Shown: positions 39,272 through 54,072 of the stretch, in pieces
Layout of the letters: each line of letters starts with the position of its first letter
Position numbering within the stretch: position 1 is the stretch's first letter
DNA from: Lingula anatina
Taxonomy: Eukaryota > Animalia > Brachiopoda
NCBI GenBank assembly: GCA_051362555.1
Contig: CM120643.1
Span: 24,556,848 to 24,620,847, forward strand
Direction: 5' to 3'
DNA length: 64,000 nt
Notes under the pieces: model-generated
What the model saw: only the letters and a program-made list of their open reading frames with translations
Databases searched by the model: none
Told to the model about the DNA's origin: nothing
Position numbers and translations under genes: made by a program

Positions 39272-39995
39272 TACAGTGATGTCTATGTGATGTATCACCC
39301 TATTCTGGGTCCCTGATGTTAAGTTAAAATATGATAAGTTGTTGTTTATATAAAGAGATCTTCAGTAGTTTGTTTGACACATTTTTAATAAAGCTTTAAA
39401 CTGTGAACTTCCAAGGTGATCTTTTTAATGTATATCCCTAATCCAAAATGAGTTGTACATAATAACACACTGTACAATTACATAATTGTATTAAAATAAA
39501 GAAAGAAAGAAAAAATAACAAAAATTCTGCTCTTTAAAAATTACTTTATTTACTATGCAGACACAAATCAACTAATCAAAAGCATTTTATTGTATTTGGT
39601 ATCTTTAATTCAATTTTCATGAATAAACCAAAAACCTACAGACTAGATGTATATTATATCATTTAAAATTTTTTGCTTACTTAACTAATTTGCTGCTGAA
39701 AATTGAATAGGCATTGCCTATGGTACAAAGCTGTCATTGAAGTAGTACTAGCCAAATAAATATCTTTCGATTAGTAAATTACTTATATTGTAGGAAATAA
39801 CACATTTAAGTTCATCAAAGGCTATTCCTAAGGTCATTTTATCAAAAATTAGCAAAGACAGGCCATCTTTCTCGGATCCTATTCACAGATTATAATTATA
39901 TTCATTCAACATATATATGAACTGTTTAGTACTGACAGCACTGATTATGGTCATTTTTAAGTGTCAATATTATGAACCATATTTTATGTTCTTCA

Positions 39996-42900
39996 CTATT
40001 TAGTACAGACAACACATGCCAGTTCTCTTCCATCCACATATGGTGGACAGGGCAGGGAACCACACTGAGATTCAGCAGTTTGGAACAAGGCACCGTTTTT
40101 GTTTTCATGACCCCCTGCTACCACTTCTGGAGCTTCATCAAGGCAGACAAATTCTGTTCTCTGGTAAATGTCACGAGCTGATACCAGGTATCCATTGTAC
40201 TCTGTTGTCCACCCAGCTGGACATGTCTTCTTGGCTGGTATCATCACATGACTGGGGCGTGTTTGGGTGTAGCATACAGCACAGGGGGCATCATGATTAA
40301 AAACATCTTGACCTCCTGTATTGGATATTGAAAATATGTTAGGATTAACATATTCATATTCCACACCATGTATGTAAGAACCAGTACCTTGCCTTCCATC
40401 TTGGTATTTCCCCCACTCTGGTGTCTGTGGCAAACACAGGTAATTACTGCCTCCTCCAGTTTTGTCATGGTCAGTTCCAGCAGATATTCCTGATATAGAA
40501 TTATAAAAGCCATTTTTAAAGATTTTAATTACTCTTTAACCATAGATGTCAAATTCAAAATTATAAATATATATATATATATATAATTCAAAAATTTGTA
40601 TTATTATTATCATTAACATTGTTATAATTATTTTGAATAGCACTTTACCTTTGTACAAAAGCTTTGAATGTGTTGAGCAAGTTGTTCTGCCCCAATGTGT
40701 GTATACTGCCCCACCATAGCTGGTATTGGCTGGAAGAGCTGAAAACACACATTAAACCTAGAGAAACATATTGGACTGGTATTGCTCATACACCAGATAC
40801 CATATGAAAACTTACACTTTCAGAACAGACATCTTACACCCCATTTCCATAGATTAGATCGACCTACTTTAGATCGACCTAACTCCCTGGGGGTTCACGC
40901 TAAATAGCTGTCAGCCGGGCGGACATGAAAGTTAATTACCTCCTTACAGCTTGTAATAGGTGGGACGGACATTTAAGTCGGATTTTCTGGAAGTAATCTA
41001 GTGAGGCTCCCTGCGGGGATAGATCGATCTAAAATCTATGGGAATAGAGCCTAAATGATCAACTTACTAGTAATGTTGCACAATCTTTATCCAGTTAATA
41101 GCTGTCTCTTAACTAAAAAAAGTAAATCATTAAAAAAATGGATGAAAATTGAATTCACTAATGAAGTCCTATCAATGCAGTTAAAGTGTAGAAAGTATTC
41201 CCAAACTAACAGGAAGACATTCATGTAGTTAAAGCACCAGACAAACCTGTAGGTGGCACCCCTATCTGAGCTCCAATTTGTCCCAGCATTTGTTTGAGGG
41301 TATCCAATGTTAGAGATCCTGGGTCCCCTTTAGGTCCAGGCGGTCCCTTATAAAATTCAACAAAAATATTGAAACTGCTATTTCACAAAGGAACATATAT
41401 TATTACATATTTAGTATAAACTGGTGCATTGTCAATATATTTCAAGAAGTGGATGTCTTGGTCTGTAGATTGCATTATACTCTAATTTTCAATCAAAATA
41501 AATATAAATTTTTAATCATAATTTTGAATTACAAAACTACTGAATATATAGCCACCATGCAAAATTTTACCTGTATTCCATCTTTACCATCTCTCCCAGG
41601 TAATCCCTGGGGTCCCTGAACATTGCTCCTTGAGGAGTTGACAACTGAAAAATAAATCTCAGTGATAATAATAATAATTTCTTTGGATAATGATTAAGTC
41701 TTCTGGAAATCAATGTATTTCATAAACACACGTCACTTTGGACAGCTACCTCATCATTCACAAGGCATCATTCAGTCATCACAACTTTGGGCCAAGCATA
41801 GCCAAAAGGTGACCTCACCCAAAATCAATAAATGTATAATACTAAGTATAGTACAGGTAAATTGAAATATGAATTAGCATTTCATTTTGCATCTGATATT
41901 TTACTGTTACTACTAAGTGATTGTTCTTCATGGTTTTTGTCATATTTAAAAAGAAAGAAAAGGCATTATTTGATAAGACCTTATTTGGTAGCAAAATGTT
42001 TTCTGTTTTAAGCTATAATATAGAGAGCAGGCCTACCATTACCTTGTAGTGGTGACTGATATCCAAGCAGTGCAATGATTTGCTTGAGGCTGTCTACTGT
42101 TAAACCTGGGTTCTGTGGATTAATTTAAGATATTTGTAATAAGAAACAATGAAGTGTCCACATTTTGTCATTTCCCACAATGAGAACAAAAAAGGATAAT
42201 GTTGAAATTAAATTATATCTACATAAAAAAATTATATATGATATTTATTTGGTATTTTTTCACTATCCATTCCAACTTATGTATGTCACATGTCCATGGC
42301 TTTATACTCTAGAAGCAATTTTTAAATATTGTATAATTATTATAATTATATATGATGGCATACAATTTTATTCAAGAAAGAATTTTTTTCTAAAAGTCAT
42401 GCAATTTGTCATAAGTGAAGATCAGTAAAGTAACCTGAATTCCATCTCTGCCATCCCTGCCATCTCTTCCTGGGGGTCCCTGGGGTCCTTGTAGACAGCC
42501 TGAACTTACCACTAAAATAGAGGACACAGTGGTTTGAATTGCTGGTTTTTAACAGGATACAGATGCTGCACATTGATACTCAACCATAAAATGCCTATTG
42601 TCACATATAATATTATATAAAATCAATACATCCTCTTGATATATCTTATTAGGAATTGTATAAAATGTTATTTCAAGACTTCTAACAAATGATAGCTTAC
42701 AGTTTCCTTGCTGCACTTGTCGCTTGGTAATGGAATGGTTTTCATGGCGAAGATTTGTTGCATTTTGTTCAGGGACTGTGATAGTTTGTGCATCAAGCTT
42801 CAACTTGATTTTCTGAATATCTGACTAATTTAAAAGATTAGTCGCTTTTTACTATAGATATGTCATTTTCAGTATGTGGAAGTTGTTGAAAATTGGCTGT

Positions 42901-43181
42901 TAATGATGTTAATTTTTATAATTGATGATAGTTAAGATATACCAACTTATGGGAAATTTACAATGATGGAATTGGACAGAATTTCAAGTACAAAATACCT
43001 TAAGTTGTTCATTTTCCTGCCTCACTGCAGCAACCTCAGCTTTCAGTTTTTTCATCTCTTGTCCCTGCTTGTCCAGTCTTTCAACCAGTTTTATCAACAT
43101 GGCATTCATGTCATGATGATGTTGTAAAGTTGAAGCAGAGACAGTAGTAACAAAAATGGCAGTGAATACATGAAAATACAT
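39996..43181 (-). CDS. Short-chain collagen C4-like paralogue B4, 8 exons
   Basis: Exons 42999-43181, 42701-42824, 42435-42511, 42043-42112, 41571-41644, 41247-41346, 40649-40738, 39996-40489. Open frame. Confidence 0.88.
40836..41051. mobile_element. MITE, inverted copy of 36305-36519
   Basis: Reverse-complement similarity. Absent from the paralogous B5 intron at about 60738. Confidence 0.72.
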
Positions 43182-44190
43182 GATGTACACCCGTCTGTAG
43201 CAGCCAAGACGCTGACCTGGGCGAGGCAAGGAAAACTCTTATCTTGCTTAAGCCATGTGGCCATGTTAAATGTTTGCAAAGTGAGACTTAGAAAGTTGGT
43301 TTTCCACAAATATTTGACTAATGATAGTTAACAGGATGCAGCTTACATTATTGACATCAGCATGATGTTGTAAAGTTGATGCAGTGACAGTAGTAACAAA
43401 AATGGCAGTGAATACATGAAAATACATGATGTACACCAGTCTGTAGCATCCAAGACGCTGACTTGCACTCTTTTCTTGGCATATAGCAGTTCCTCTTTTT
43501 ATATGTTTAAGTTATTAAGTTACTGGTAAGTAAATTTTCTAGGAACATAGAAAAGTTATGTGTCTTTAGCACTTAACACTACATCTCTCTAATGAAATTA
43601 ATAATGTATGTGTATATGTAAACTATGTTATGATAAAGTATATTTGTTCATGCTTACATGAGTTGCTTTTTAGTTTCCAATGTACATCATGCAATTTAAC
43701 AGACTATTAACGACATGCAGATAATGTAACAAACTCAAGTATGATGTTCATAATTTGGCCGATGATGGCCGCATTTATTGAAAGTCCCAATACTGAAAGA
43801 AATGAAGCAGATTAATGATAAACACTAATTAATGTGTGCGCCTGAAATATCTACATTTAAAATATAATTTCCAAAGAAATAGTGCACACATTTCAATTTG
43901 TGGGGCATTTGTTTCAGTTCTAAAACATTTTTGAAATATGAATATCTTTGTTAATTTCTGTAGACTACCATTTTTTTCATAATGAGTAGTTCATTTAATA
44001 ACATTTTTTTCTAGATTAAAAGGGTAATATTATATTTCAACAAAAATATTAATAGTTGGAACATCCTATAGCTGGAAAATTCTATTCTTTCTTCAATTGA
44101 CTCCACTGTATGATGCCTTTTTTTCTACTAAGTCCAAGACCTTTATCTTTGAGGTTTCATTTAGCTGAGCATCATACATGGCCAAACACA

Positions 44191-44365
44191 GGCCCCATTC
44201 AGAATAGGGGACTAATTAGTCTGAGGGTCAAATATGGCAAACCACAACAAAGCTTGTTGTATTATCTCCTAACAGACACTGAATAGATGTCCTGTGGGGA
44301 AGTATTCAAGTGGGTCAGCCATATTTGACCCTTGGACTAGTTAGTCCCCTATTCTGAATGGGACC
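44191..44365. mobile_element. MITE GGCCCCATTCAGAATAGGGGACTAA
   Basis: About 25-bp TIRs. Same element at 62856-63029, co-duplicated. Confidence 0.72.
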
Positions 44366-44439
44366 ATAGACCACCTTAACTCAGCCACTTATTTTATCTT
44401 TCCACATGTGAAAGAAATGTAACCTTTGTGTCCTTGCAG

Positions 44440-45088
44440 ATGGAAATACAAGTTATTTGTCACCCCTAGTCGCCTGGTGATGCTGACAGGAGCAGTACTG
44501 GCAGGTACATGTGGCTTTATAGCTGGAATAGTGGGTTTACTGCAGTGGAGAGAAAAGGTAATGGGTCAGAATTCTTATTTATATTATTTTATTTATTTTC
44601 ATTATCAATATTTCACATTTATTTCAATTTATTATAATCAATATGACTGTTCTCTTTTTCTTTGTTTCATGCATTAAGAATTGTCATTTGCCTAAATTGC
44701 TCTCAAGAGTTCAGGTGTTGCTAATAACATAGGCAACAAAAGAAAGCAATCACGGTTTACAGGTTGATTAAAATTTGGCAAAGTTACTGCTGCTTTGATT
44801 TATGACAAACCCATATCAGATTATCTTTGAATTTAAGTCTTGAGTTGTTTTTATTTGTAATGATAAAGCATTTTTTTCCCTTTGGTTAAAAGGTTTATTT
44901 TCTAAAGACCATAAGCATTTTTTATGCATGAGTCATTTAGTCTCCTTAAAAGTTACATATTTTTACATCGTTTTTACAGAACTAGTTCACCACAATATTT
45001 TCATTGTAAAATGTTCATTTCTTTTCAGAGAGAAGATCAGAAAGAAAAAAGACAAGAATCTCACAAATTTCATTTTGATGCCATGTAT
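44440..45088 (+). pseudogene. ITFG1: Orphan ITFG1 terminal exons, copy 2 (stop lost)
   Basis: Exons 44440-44557 and 45029 onward. FHFDAM is followed by TAT instead of a stop. Confidence 0.85.
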
Positions 45089-47635
45089 CATACAGAACAC
45101 CTTTGCCTTTGGCTCCTGGTGCTGAGGAACACTGGATATCTAGTTTCACTTTTATTTTAATGCAGTGACTGTAATGTACAGGTTGTGTAGTTCTATGTGA
45201 CTATGAAAACATTTTTTCTCTTTCATTTTTATGACATGCCTGCAGTGTAAGGAAATTGATTTTCATTTAAGCACTCTTTGACAGTAAGCTTTTACTGTTA
45301 GTAACTAAAAACTATTTAATAATTTAAAAGCTACATACTTCTGGTGTGATAGGTAAAATAAATCTTTAGGAAAGTGTAGTTTTCTCCAAAAAGTCACATA
45401 GCTCTTAGCTTCTTTTGTCTTGTTTATTTATTTATTTATTTATTTATGTAGTCTCACATCCATGCTTAGTAAGAAACCGAAGGGAGCAATTGGAGTGACA
45501 AATTGGATTAACCTATAAGGTTGTGAAGTACAAAACTGGAACTACCAATATTACGCATGCTATTTAAAAAGCAGGGTTCTGTCAAAAAGGGCAAAAACAA
45601 CAAATAGCTGTTTTCCTTACTTATTTCATATGGGAAATACATGACAGTCTGAGTTATTATTTTGTACAATATCACCAGGAATGTGTGTGTGTGTGTGACT
45701 GCGTGTCTGTATACATGTTTGTGTGTGTGCATATATAATCATGGTAGAATGGAAAATTCTTTTGACAATCTTATTTCTTCTGATAATGTTATTTATTATT
45801 ATTATTGTAATATTTTTGGTAATACTGAAAACTTATTTATTCTATTGTTTAGATTTTATGCAATGATATAAAGAAAAAAACAGTGAATTTTATACAGATT
45901 TGAATTCAAGTGGGAAAGGAATAGTTCACAGGGATGTTTTCAACATTTGAGACCTATATTTATAAGCTAGATCAGTTTCTTTATATAGTGATAATATTTG
46001 TTTCAGATATTTAAACTGTATGTTTTTTTTTTTCAGCTCAATATAATTATTTTTTCTTTGTCTGCATTACTTAAAAAGAATGTTACCTATAAAAACATTT
46101 GATAGACGCTTAGTTTTATATTATATCAATTAAAAACATGGCTGTTTGGACTTTTTAATATTTTACTTTATTTATTTAGTCTTTTCAATTGGACGTTGGT
46201 AAAAAAAAATTGTCACGTATTTTCTTTTTTGAATGTTTTCTCTTTTGCCTTGTGAAGCAAATGTATTTAGTGCTCTTTAATTTGAATATTAATGCTACTT
46301 GTATCTCTAACAATTAATTTAGTGACTTTAGAGAAGTCAGCCTAAAGGTATTTTCTTCATAAAGTACAAATAATCAGTGATAAGTGTTTGTTAATTTGAC
46401 ATTTTAAAGCAAAGATCAGATGTACATGTAACCTTTTTCTTTTTACACTAAATTATTTTATTTTTTTGTCGATTGAACAATAAACAAAAGGATAAACCAT
46501 GCTAGTTAATTGTTATACAGGCATTCATTGTCACAGGTAAAGAATAAAATTACTGTCATTTGTTAAACTTAACAAAGGGTTGAGCAAAGACAAGACATTT
46601 ATGAAATGCAGTTCAATATCACATATATGGTAAACTGTTTTAAACAAGGTTGAATTCTGAACTACCAAAACCATTAATACACCAAGTTAATCTGTCTCCA
46701 CTTCATTTTCTTCAGCCCTGCCCAGGAAGCATGGGACAAGGGGAAATCCTCCCAATCCCCTGAGCTTTTTATCTGCAGGCTCACTTGCCTGAGCTATATG
46801 TACAATGGGTCTTTAACCTGGGTCTCAGACTGAGAGTTGATATGATAAAATGTTATTTATTTTTAAACAATATTACTAAACCTAGCTACAGCTAATGTCA
46901 CCTTCATTATTTTGTTTGACACAGTTTAATATGAAGCCAAGGTTATAAACTAGTTTTTTTGAGTATCTCTCCAGTCCGCATGCGTTGTGCACATTCAGTA
47001 TGGTGATTCTAGGACAATTCCCCCACCCCCCGAACAATTTACCCCCAAGATCCCCCCCCACCCCCGCAGATTATATATTTATATACAAAGTAAAGAGTAT
47101 AAAGTTCAAAATATTTCATCCATTTCATTTATATTTTTAGTGTGATAATACAACTTCGTCGCTAAAAATTTTTTTATAAATTTCTTTTTCATTGAGTTCA
47201 AGTAGAGAAAGTATTATTAAATATCTTACAGAAGTATAACCACCTATTCTCCAGGGAAAGGTGGGGTAAACAGATGAACAGGTAAACATATTTTTAAAAT
47301 TATATTTTTAGTGTGGTGGGTAGTGGATAGGTGGATATATATAGTAGTCAAGCAATTAAAAGAGACAGATAATCAAAGTGATACCTGTGTAAGTGAGAGA
47401 ATCTGTTTACCCCACCTCTCCCTAGAGATGCACATGCCTTGATTCAAGGCTTACTTAATCAAGAGGGGAGGGGGGTAATTAAGCAATTAAAAGTAACACT
47501 TAATCCATCTAAGGGTTACCTGGATTTGTGAGATCATTTGCTTACCCCCACTTTACCTGGAGATATACTTTGATTAGATTTTTAATAAAATTTTATGTAC
47601 TTCAATTTCTGAAATTTTCTGTACTTGTACTCCAT

Positions 47636-48785
47636 CAGGCCTTCCCAACTACCAGACTCGGCACCTACGGGTCCAGTATAAACCGGTTTATCAGACCACA
47701 CTACCCGTTTGCAAGGTGTGTGTCAGATCGCATTACAGAGTATCAGCCACCACACCGATTTTGCCTGGTGCGCGATGTGATAGCAATGATCCTAAGCGGG
47801 GTTGGAAAGTAGTGCATCTCATCTAGGTTCATGCACTGCTGCAATTTTCTCTGTTTATGCTAAAATCTGACAGTACCGCAATTTTTAACATAAAATTTAG
47901 GTTCGGACATAGCCATTGATGTTTTGTAAATAAGAACTTGCAAACTTATATATTAATTTAGAAAAGTATACCTAATTTTGATAGCAGAAGCATATTCTGT
48001 CGAGGGTTAAATATTTTTGTGACTACCGGGATGGACGAGATTGAGGGCAGGGGTAATCCTAGAGAGGGGTGAGAAACGTCCATTGTTCTCGTCAGCGAGG
48101 CTGTCCTTTTTCAGGGTTTGTACGCACGGACAGAAAACTTAAGTATTGTGGGAACGTTACTAATGAAGCCACTGGTAGTACTAGTAGATATCAGCCTGTA
48201 GTCTTGAACAAGCGCCTCGATGACGAGTGAACAGTTGTCAAAAACAAAAGACCCAGGTGTGGTAGTTCAACTACTGTTGATGCGTGCCGCAACGACCAAA
48301 CCTAATTGCTCCTCAAGGTCACAAAACAATAACCGGTACTGACGGCTAGGCTCGTCTTAATCATATAAGTAGCGCGTTTCCACCCCCTGATTGAGGGAGT
48401 CGTACGTCTGTTGTATTCATGTGACTCCTACTTGACGAAAACGAGGCGCGATACCCGGATGACAGGTAGGCTTACAGAATTTGTGATAGGGTATGATACT
48501 CTTTTATGCGATCTGACATACACCTTGAAAACGGGTAGTGTGGTCAGATATACCGGTTTATTCTGGACCCGTAGGTGCCGAGTCTGGTAGTTGGGAAGGG
48601 GGCGTCACGATAGTCCGAAGGTTCATTGGTCCGAAGGTTCATTGGTCCGAAAAGTGGTAACGTTTTCATCGACTTTTTAATCAAGGGTTCATTGGTCCGA
48701 AGGTTCTATAGTGAACATTCGGACCAATGAACCTTCGGACTATTGAACCTTCGGACTATCGCTACGGCCCCGTTGGGAAGGCCTG
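47636..48785. mobile_element. hAT-like non-autonomous element with ~95-bp TIRs
   Basis: CAGGCCTTCCCAACTACCAGACTCGGCACCTACGGGTCCAG... and its reverse complement at 48505-48785, which is interrupted by a MULE-like MITE. Confidence 0.75.
48599..48771. mobile_element. MULE-like MITE, short form of 25321-27520
   Basis: Same termini and GTCCGAAGGTTC repeats. 9-bp TSD GTTGGGAAG (48590-48598 and 48772-48780). Confidence 0.82.
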
Positions 48786-49339
48786 TCCATGAAAATAATT
48801 TGTTTAATGAAATTAATATTCTCTATCTTCAAGTAACATCATCACACTAAGAAATATTCATACAATGGATGAAAAGATTTGAACTATATACTCTTTACTT
48901 TATATTTGTATATAAATATATAGTCTTTGGGGGAACCGTCCAGGGGAGAATTGTCCTGGGGGGGAATTGTCCTGATACCCATTACGGCATGTAAAATATT
49001 TTATCTCTATGTTATTCCAATTACATATACTATACAGACACTATAGAATTTGTTCAAAAGTTATTCTTTTCTTTTATTCACTTTCACAAAAAAAATTTAC
49101 AACCAAGACCAATAAAGTCATTTGCCTTATTTATTAATTTACCACTGAAATAAATTAAGTTTATAAAATGCTGTTGGTGTGAAGCACTGGATATAAAGCC
49201 AAATGTAAAGAAGAATTGTACATTTCAATAATTACTTACCACCATATTTCTTGGAAACACCACTTTAAATTAAACATGAACAGTGGTCATTTTATTTAAA
49301 AACTGGATCAACGTGAGTCAGTTATTATAGTTATGATCA

Positions 49340-52300
49340 TTATTTAGTACAGACAACACATGCTAGTTCTCTTCCATCCACATATGGTGGACAAGTGAGG
49401 GAACCACATTTAACTTCAGCAGTGTACCACAAGGCACCCCTTTTGTTTTCGTAACCGCCAGCCACCACTTCTGGAGCTTCATCAAGGCAGACAAACTCTG
49501 TTCTGTGGTGGACGTCAAGCTCAGATATCAGGTAGCCATTGTACTCTGTTGTCCACCCAGCTGGACATGTCTTCTTGGCTGGTATCATCACATGACTGGG
49601 GCGTGTTTGGGTGTAGCATACAGCACAGGGGGCATCATGGTAGCGAAACTTCTGACCGCCTGCATTGGATGTTGAAAATATGTTTTCAAAAATATACTCA
49701 TATTCCACACCATGTATGTAAGAACCAGTACCTTGTCCTCCATCTTGGTATTTCCCCCACTCTGGTGTCTGTGGCAAACACAGAAAATTACTGCCTCCTC
49801 CAGGTTGGTCCCAGAAAGTTCCAGCCGATATTCCTAATAAAAAAGTGAAGTCAAATTTTATTTGCTAGCATAGGTGCCAACGACGAAAAGAAATACAGAC
49901 AAATATTACTTAGGAAATGTAATGCAGTAGATTAATGTTTAGAAAAGGCATGTGTTTCAAGTATTTACCTGCATACAAAAGCTGTGAATGTGCTGCACAG
50001 GTTGTTCTGCCCCAACGTGTGTAAACTACCCCACCTTGGCTGGTAGTGGCTGATGAGCCTGAAACATACATTTAACCTAAGGAACCTTGTTGTTAGGCCT
50101 GTAGCCAGGGCAGCTTGGGGGTTTGAACCAACCGTCCTTTTTGCCAGGTAAAAGGTACACTCTTGGTAGAATTTGATTGGTTTCATGGTAAAAAAATCAA
50201 CTTAGAAATAAGAACTGCCCCTTGGGAAATGGTGGCTACAGGGCTGATTGTATACTGCCCCACCAAGGCTGGTATTGGCTGGTAAACCTGAAAACATATA
50301 GTAAATCTTCAGAACCACATTGTATACACTGCCCAACCATGGCTGGTATTGGCTGGTAAACCTGAAAACAGTATAAACATTAAGAACCACACTGGAAAAT
50401 GCTGGGGCTGATTGTATACCCTGCCCCACCCCCCTCCCATATGACTGGTACTGGCTGGTAGACCAGCAAACATTCATTAAATTTTGAGAAACATATTGTT
50501 AACACTATTCCACCACAGTTGGTATTGTATGGGGTATCAGTTCAATCTCATCTCCCAAGCTTATTCAGACAATCCCCCTCCCCACAATCCCCCCATCCAT
50601 TTGGTGAAATAAAAAAGTTAGTTACTTCCTAGCTTGCCACACAATTAAGCTGATTACTTTGACTGCTCTTAAGCAAGAATCCCTGCAGAGATAGCTAGAT
50701 CAGTCCTGCTTTATTCTGAATTCTCCCTTACGGAACCCTTGTACCTATCATTTCTATTTAGAAAAGACTCATTTATCAATAAAGAGATAAAAAGGGCAGA
50801 ATGAATGAATTCATTGTACGTTAATGTAGAGTATATTTTTTTCAACTTAAAGACAAAATTGACAAAAACGTAAAGGGCAATTAAAGAGCATATGACATTA
50901 GAGTTATTAGACAAACCTGTTGTAGTTGGCATGCCAATCTGAACTCCAATTTGCCGTAGCATTTGTTTCAGGTTGTCTAATGTTAGAGAAACTGATTCCC
51001 CTTTTGGTCCAGGTGGTCCCTTAAAATATCCAATGTATGAAACATACTTAGAGCGCATTTTCAACGAATTAAGCCAGGCTTTACAAAGCCGGTGACCTAA
51101 AAATGGCGGACGTACATGAAAGAAAAACCGCCTAATCTTTTAATAGTCTCTCCGCCTCCCCACACGTCGTCCCTGCGGGGTACAGTAATTAAATCGCGTC
51201 TCCGTTCGCCATGCGGAAGCTACCTGAGAAATATTAAGTGCGCATGCTCATCAGTTAAACTCGTGGTGAAGAAAGCATGGCGGCTGAAGGCGATCGAAGG
51301 AAAAAAGCTCTTCTGTTCTATTATCTTTGAAAACAGAGACGAAAAAGGAATAATTTGGCCCGTAGAGCAGCAATGAATCGACTGTCTACGGGGATAATAT
51401 CACCAGAGATATTCACGGAAATATTAATGTTCGGAGCCGAGATTTAATTACTGTAACCCGCAGGGATGACGTGTGGGGAGGCATGTGAGAGGCGGAGAGA
51501 CTATTAAAAGATTAGGCGTTTTTTCTTTCATGTACGTCCGCCATTTTTAGGTCACCGGCTTTGTAAAGCCTGGCTTAATTCGTTGAGAATGCGCTCTTAG
51601 CCTATTAGCTTCTATTACATTTAGACTGGGTTCCCTTGCTAGCTCGATCCATCTGAATCAGTCTAACTCCCTGAGGAGTCTCACTAAATTGCCATCAACT
51701 AACCAGCTTACAAGGCATGACAGACATTTAAGCTGGTTAAGTTGATAACAATTTAGTGAGATTCCCCAGGGAGATAGATCGTTCCAAATATCTGTGGGAA
51801 TTAATGATCCCTAAGAAACCTACATTGTACTATATGGTTACTGCTGTTACAATTATGTGCATCATCAGATAGATTAATTTTGCATACTAAGACAATTTGA
51901 ACGTTTATCTCAGGATAATCTATTTATTAATCAAATGTAATATATTTTCATGATAATTGAAGGTTTGAACAAGATGCAAAGTGTAAAAAATTATCAGTAC
52001 ATAGGTTACATGACTAACTGAGTTTGAATTATTATAATTGGTCCTAATTTTTAACCTACAGTGTACATCAAATCTGAGACATGTCTCTCCATTATAAAGC
52101 TAGGGAATAACCTTGCTTTTATTACATGTAGAAAAAGTTTTTTTATATCCTGTTCACACAAATATCAGATAACTCATAGTATTACGTGTATGTAAAGGAT
52201 TATTCTAATGGCTTTATATCTGTTTATAATCAACTTGTTTATGCCATAAGTATGAATCTTTTTGCTCTATCACCAGGCATGCTTTTTATAAAATTATTTT

Positions 52301-53415
52301 TTAGGATTATCATATATAATTTGTTTGCAAAATTAACTTATATAACTGTACATATTTTTAAATGGAAAAAGCTTTTTATTCTTAAATGATATCATGCACA
52401 TAATCATTTGTAAATTAAATTTGGAAAATTAAGTAAACCTGGAATCCGTCCCTGCCATCTCTTCCTGGGGGTCCCTGGGGTCCTTGTACACAGACTGAAC
52501 TAGCCACTAAAATATAGGACACAGATATAAGTTGATTTGAATAACTGGTTTTCAACAATGAGACTGATGCTGTAAGCTGTCCCTAAACTATTAAGCATAT
52601 TTTAAAGATATAAGACAGCCAAAAGGTACTGCTGAAATACTGCTAGGGGAATAACAGAATAAATAAACATTTGAATAAACATTTGAATGTATACTTAGAA
52701 ATTGGAGTTTAATGCATCTTCACATTTTTTTATTAACATAGGAACATATACTTTTAGTTGCTTTTTTTTATCATGTTCAGCAATATTTCTCAGGTTATAT
52801 TGTCTAAAAATGGTGTAAACAAGTCAACATAAGACCTATTACAAATAATTTAGCTTACAGTTTCCTTGCTGCACTTGTCTCTTGGTAATGGAATGCTTTC
52901 CATGGTGAAACTTTGTTCTATATTTTTCAGCAGCCATGGTGGTTTGCCCATCAAGCTTCACCTTGTCTTTCTGAATATCTGACTAATTTGAAAGTGAAAG
53001 AAAAATTATAGTTTTAACTGGTCTACAGATATGTGGTTTTTAAGTCATGGGAATTGTAGAACTTAAATTTTTAATTATTGTGTTTGTTTTAACTATTCAT
53101 TGACATTTAAGTTAATTATTGGTGCAAACCACAATCATGCTGAGAGACAAAATTCAAAGCTCAAAATACCTTAAGTTGTTTGTTCTCCAGTCTGACTGCA
53201 GCAACCTCAGCCTCAAGTTTTTTCATTTTTTGTTCTTGTCTGTTTAGTTTTCTAACTAGATTTTTTATCTCTAGTTCTTGCCTGTCCACTCTTTCAACCA
53301 GTTTCATCAAAGCATCATTATTGACATCAGCATGATGTTGTAAAGTTGATGTTACTACTGTTATAACAGCAGCAGATACAATTAGAAATATTAACTTGGT
53401 CATGGTGTACACCAT
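49340..53415 (-). CDS. Short-chain collagen C4-like paralogue C, 6 exons
   Basis: Exons 53170-53415, 52859-52982, 52439-52506, 50917-51019, 49969-50058, 49340-49833. Open frame. Confidence 0.87.
50096..50245. mobile_element. Small MITE
   Basis: TIRs AGGCCTGTAGCCA / TGGCTACAGGGCT within an intron. Confidence 0.6.
51051..51596. mobile_element. Palindromic PIF/Harbinger-like MITE
   Basis: Near-perfect TIRs over 100 bp (GAGCGCATTTTCAACGAATTAAGCC...), TTA TSD. Confidence 0.85.
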
Positions 53416-54072
53416 AAATTGTAGGTAATATATACATGTATACAGTTGGTCTTTAACCTGGGTCTTTGTCTCAGACTAGCAGTTGATAATATTTGTGTGT
53501 TGTTTACATAAATAGATACATATGTATCACAAGACCAAGTTGAAACTCATGCCACCGGCCTTCATATGTTTGTTTGACACAGTTTGATATGAAACCAAGG
53601 TTATAAACTAGTTTTTTCGCATATCTCTTAAGTCTACATGTACATGTGTTGTGCACATTCAGTATGGCCTGAAAATTATTTTTATCTCCAAGTTTAATCC
53701 AATTAAAATAACCAAAAATTATTGTACTTTATGGCTATTTTATATATTACTCAGACACAAGTGTGTATCAAAAGTATATTATGTTTTCTTTTATTCACTT
53801 TTCACAAAAAAACTTACAACCAAAACCAAGTCATTTGCCTTATTTATTAATTTGCTGTTAAAATCAATAAAGTTGATAAAATGCTATTGGTGTGAAGCAC
53901 TGGATGTAAAGCAAAACATGAAATGAAAAAGCATATTTTAATAATTACCCGGTACCTATCACCATATTTCTTGGAAGTGCCACTTGAAATTCAACATGGA
54001 CAATTTTTATGCATGTGTCAGTTTGTATGCAATTTGAAAAATCACAACAGGTCAGTCATTATGTTATGGTCA

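Larger units (their letters stand above)
47002..48980. mobile_element. Non-autonomous TIR element (outer layer of a nest)
   Basis: About 140-bp imperfect inverted ends with GGACAATTCCCC motifs (47002-47146 versus 48841-48980). Confidence 0.65.
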
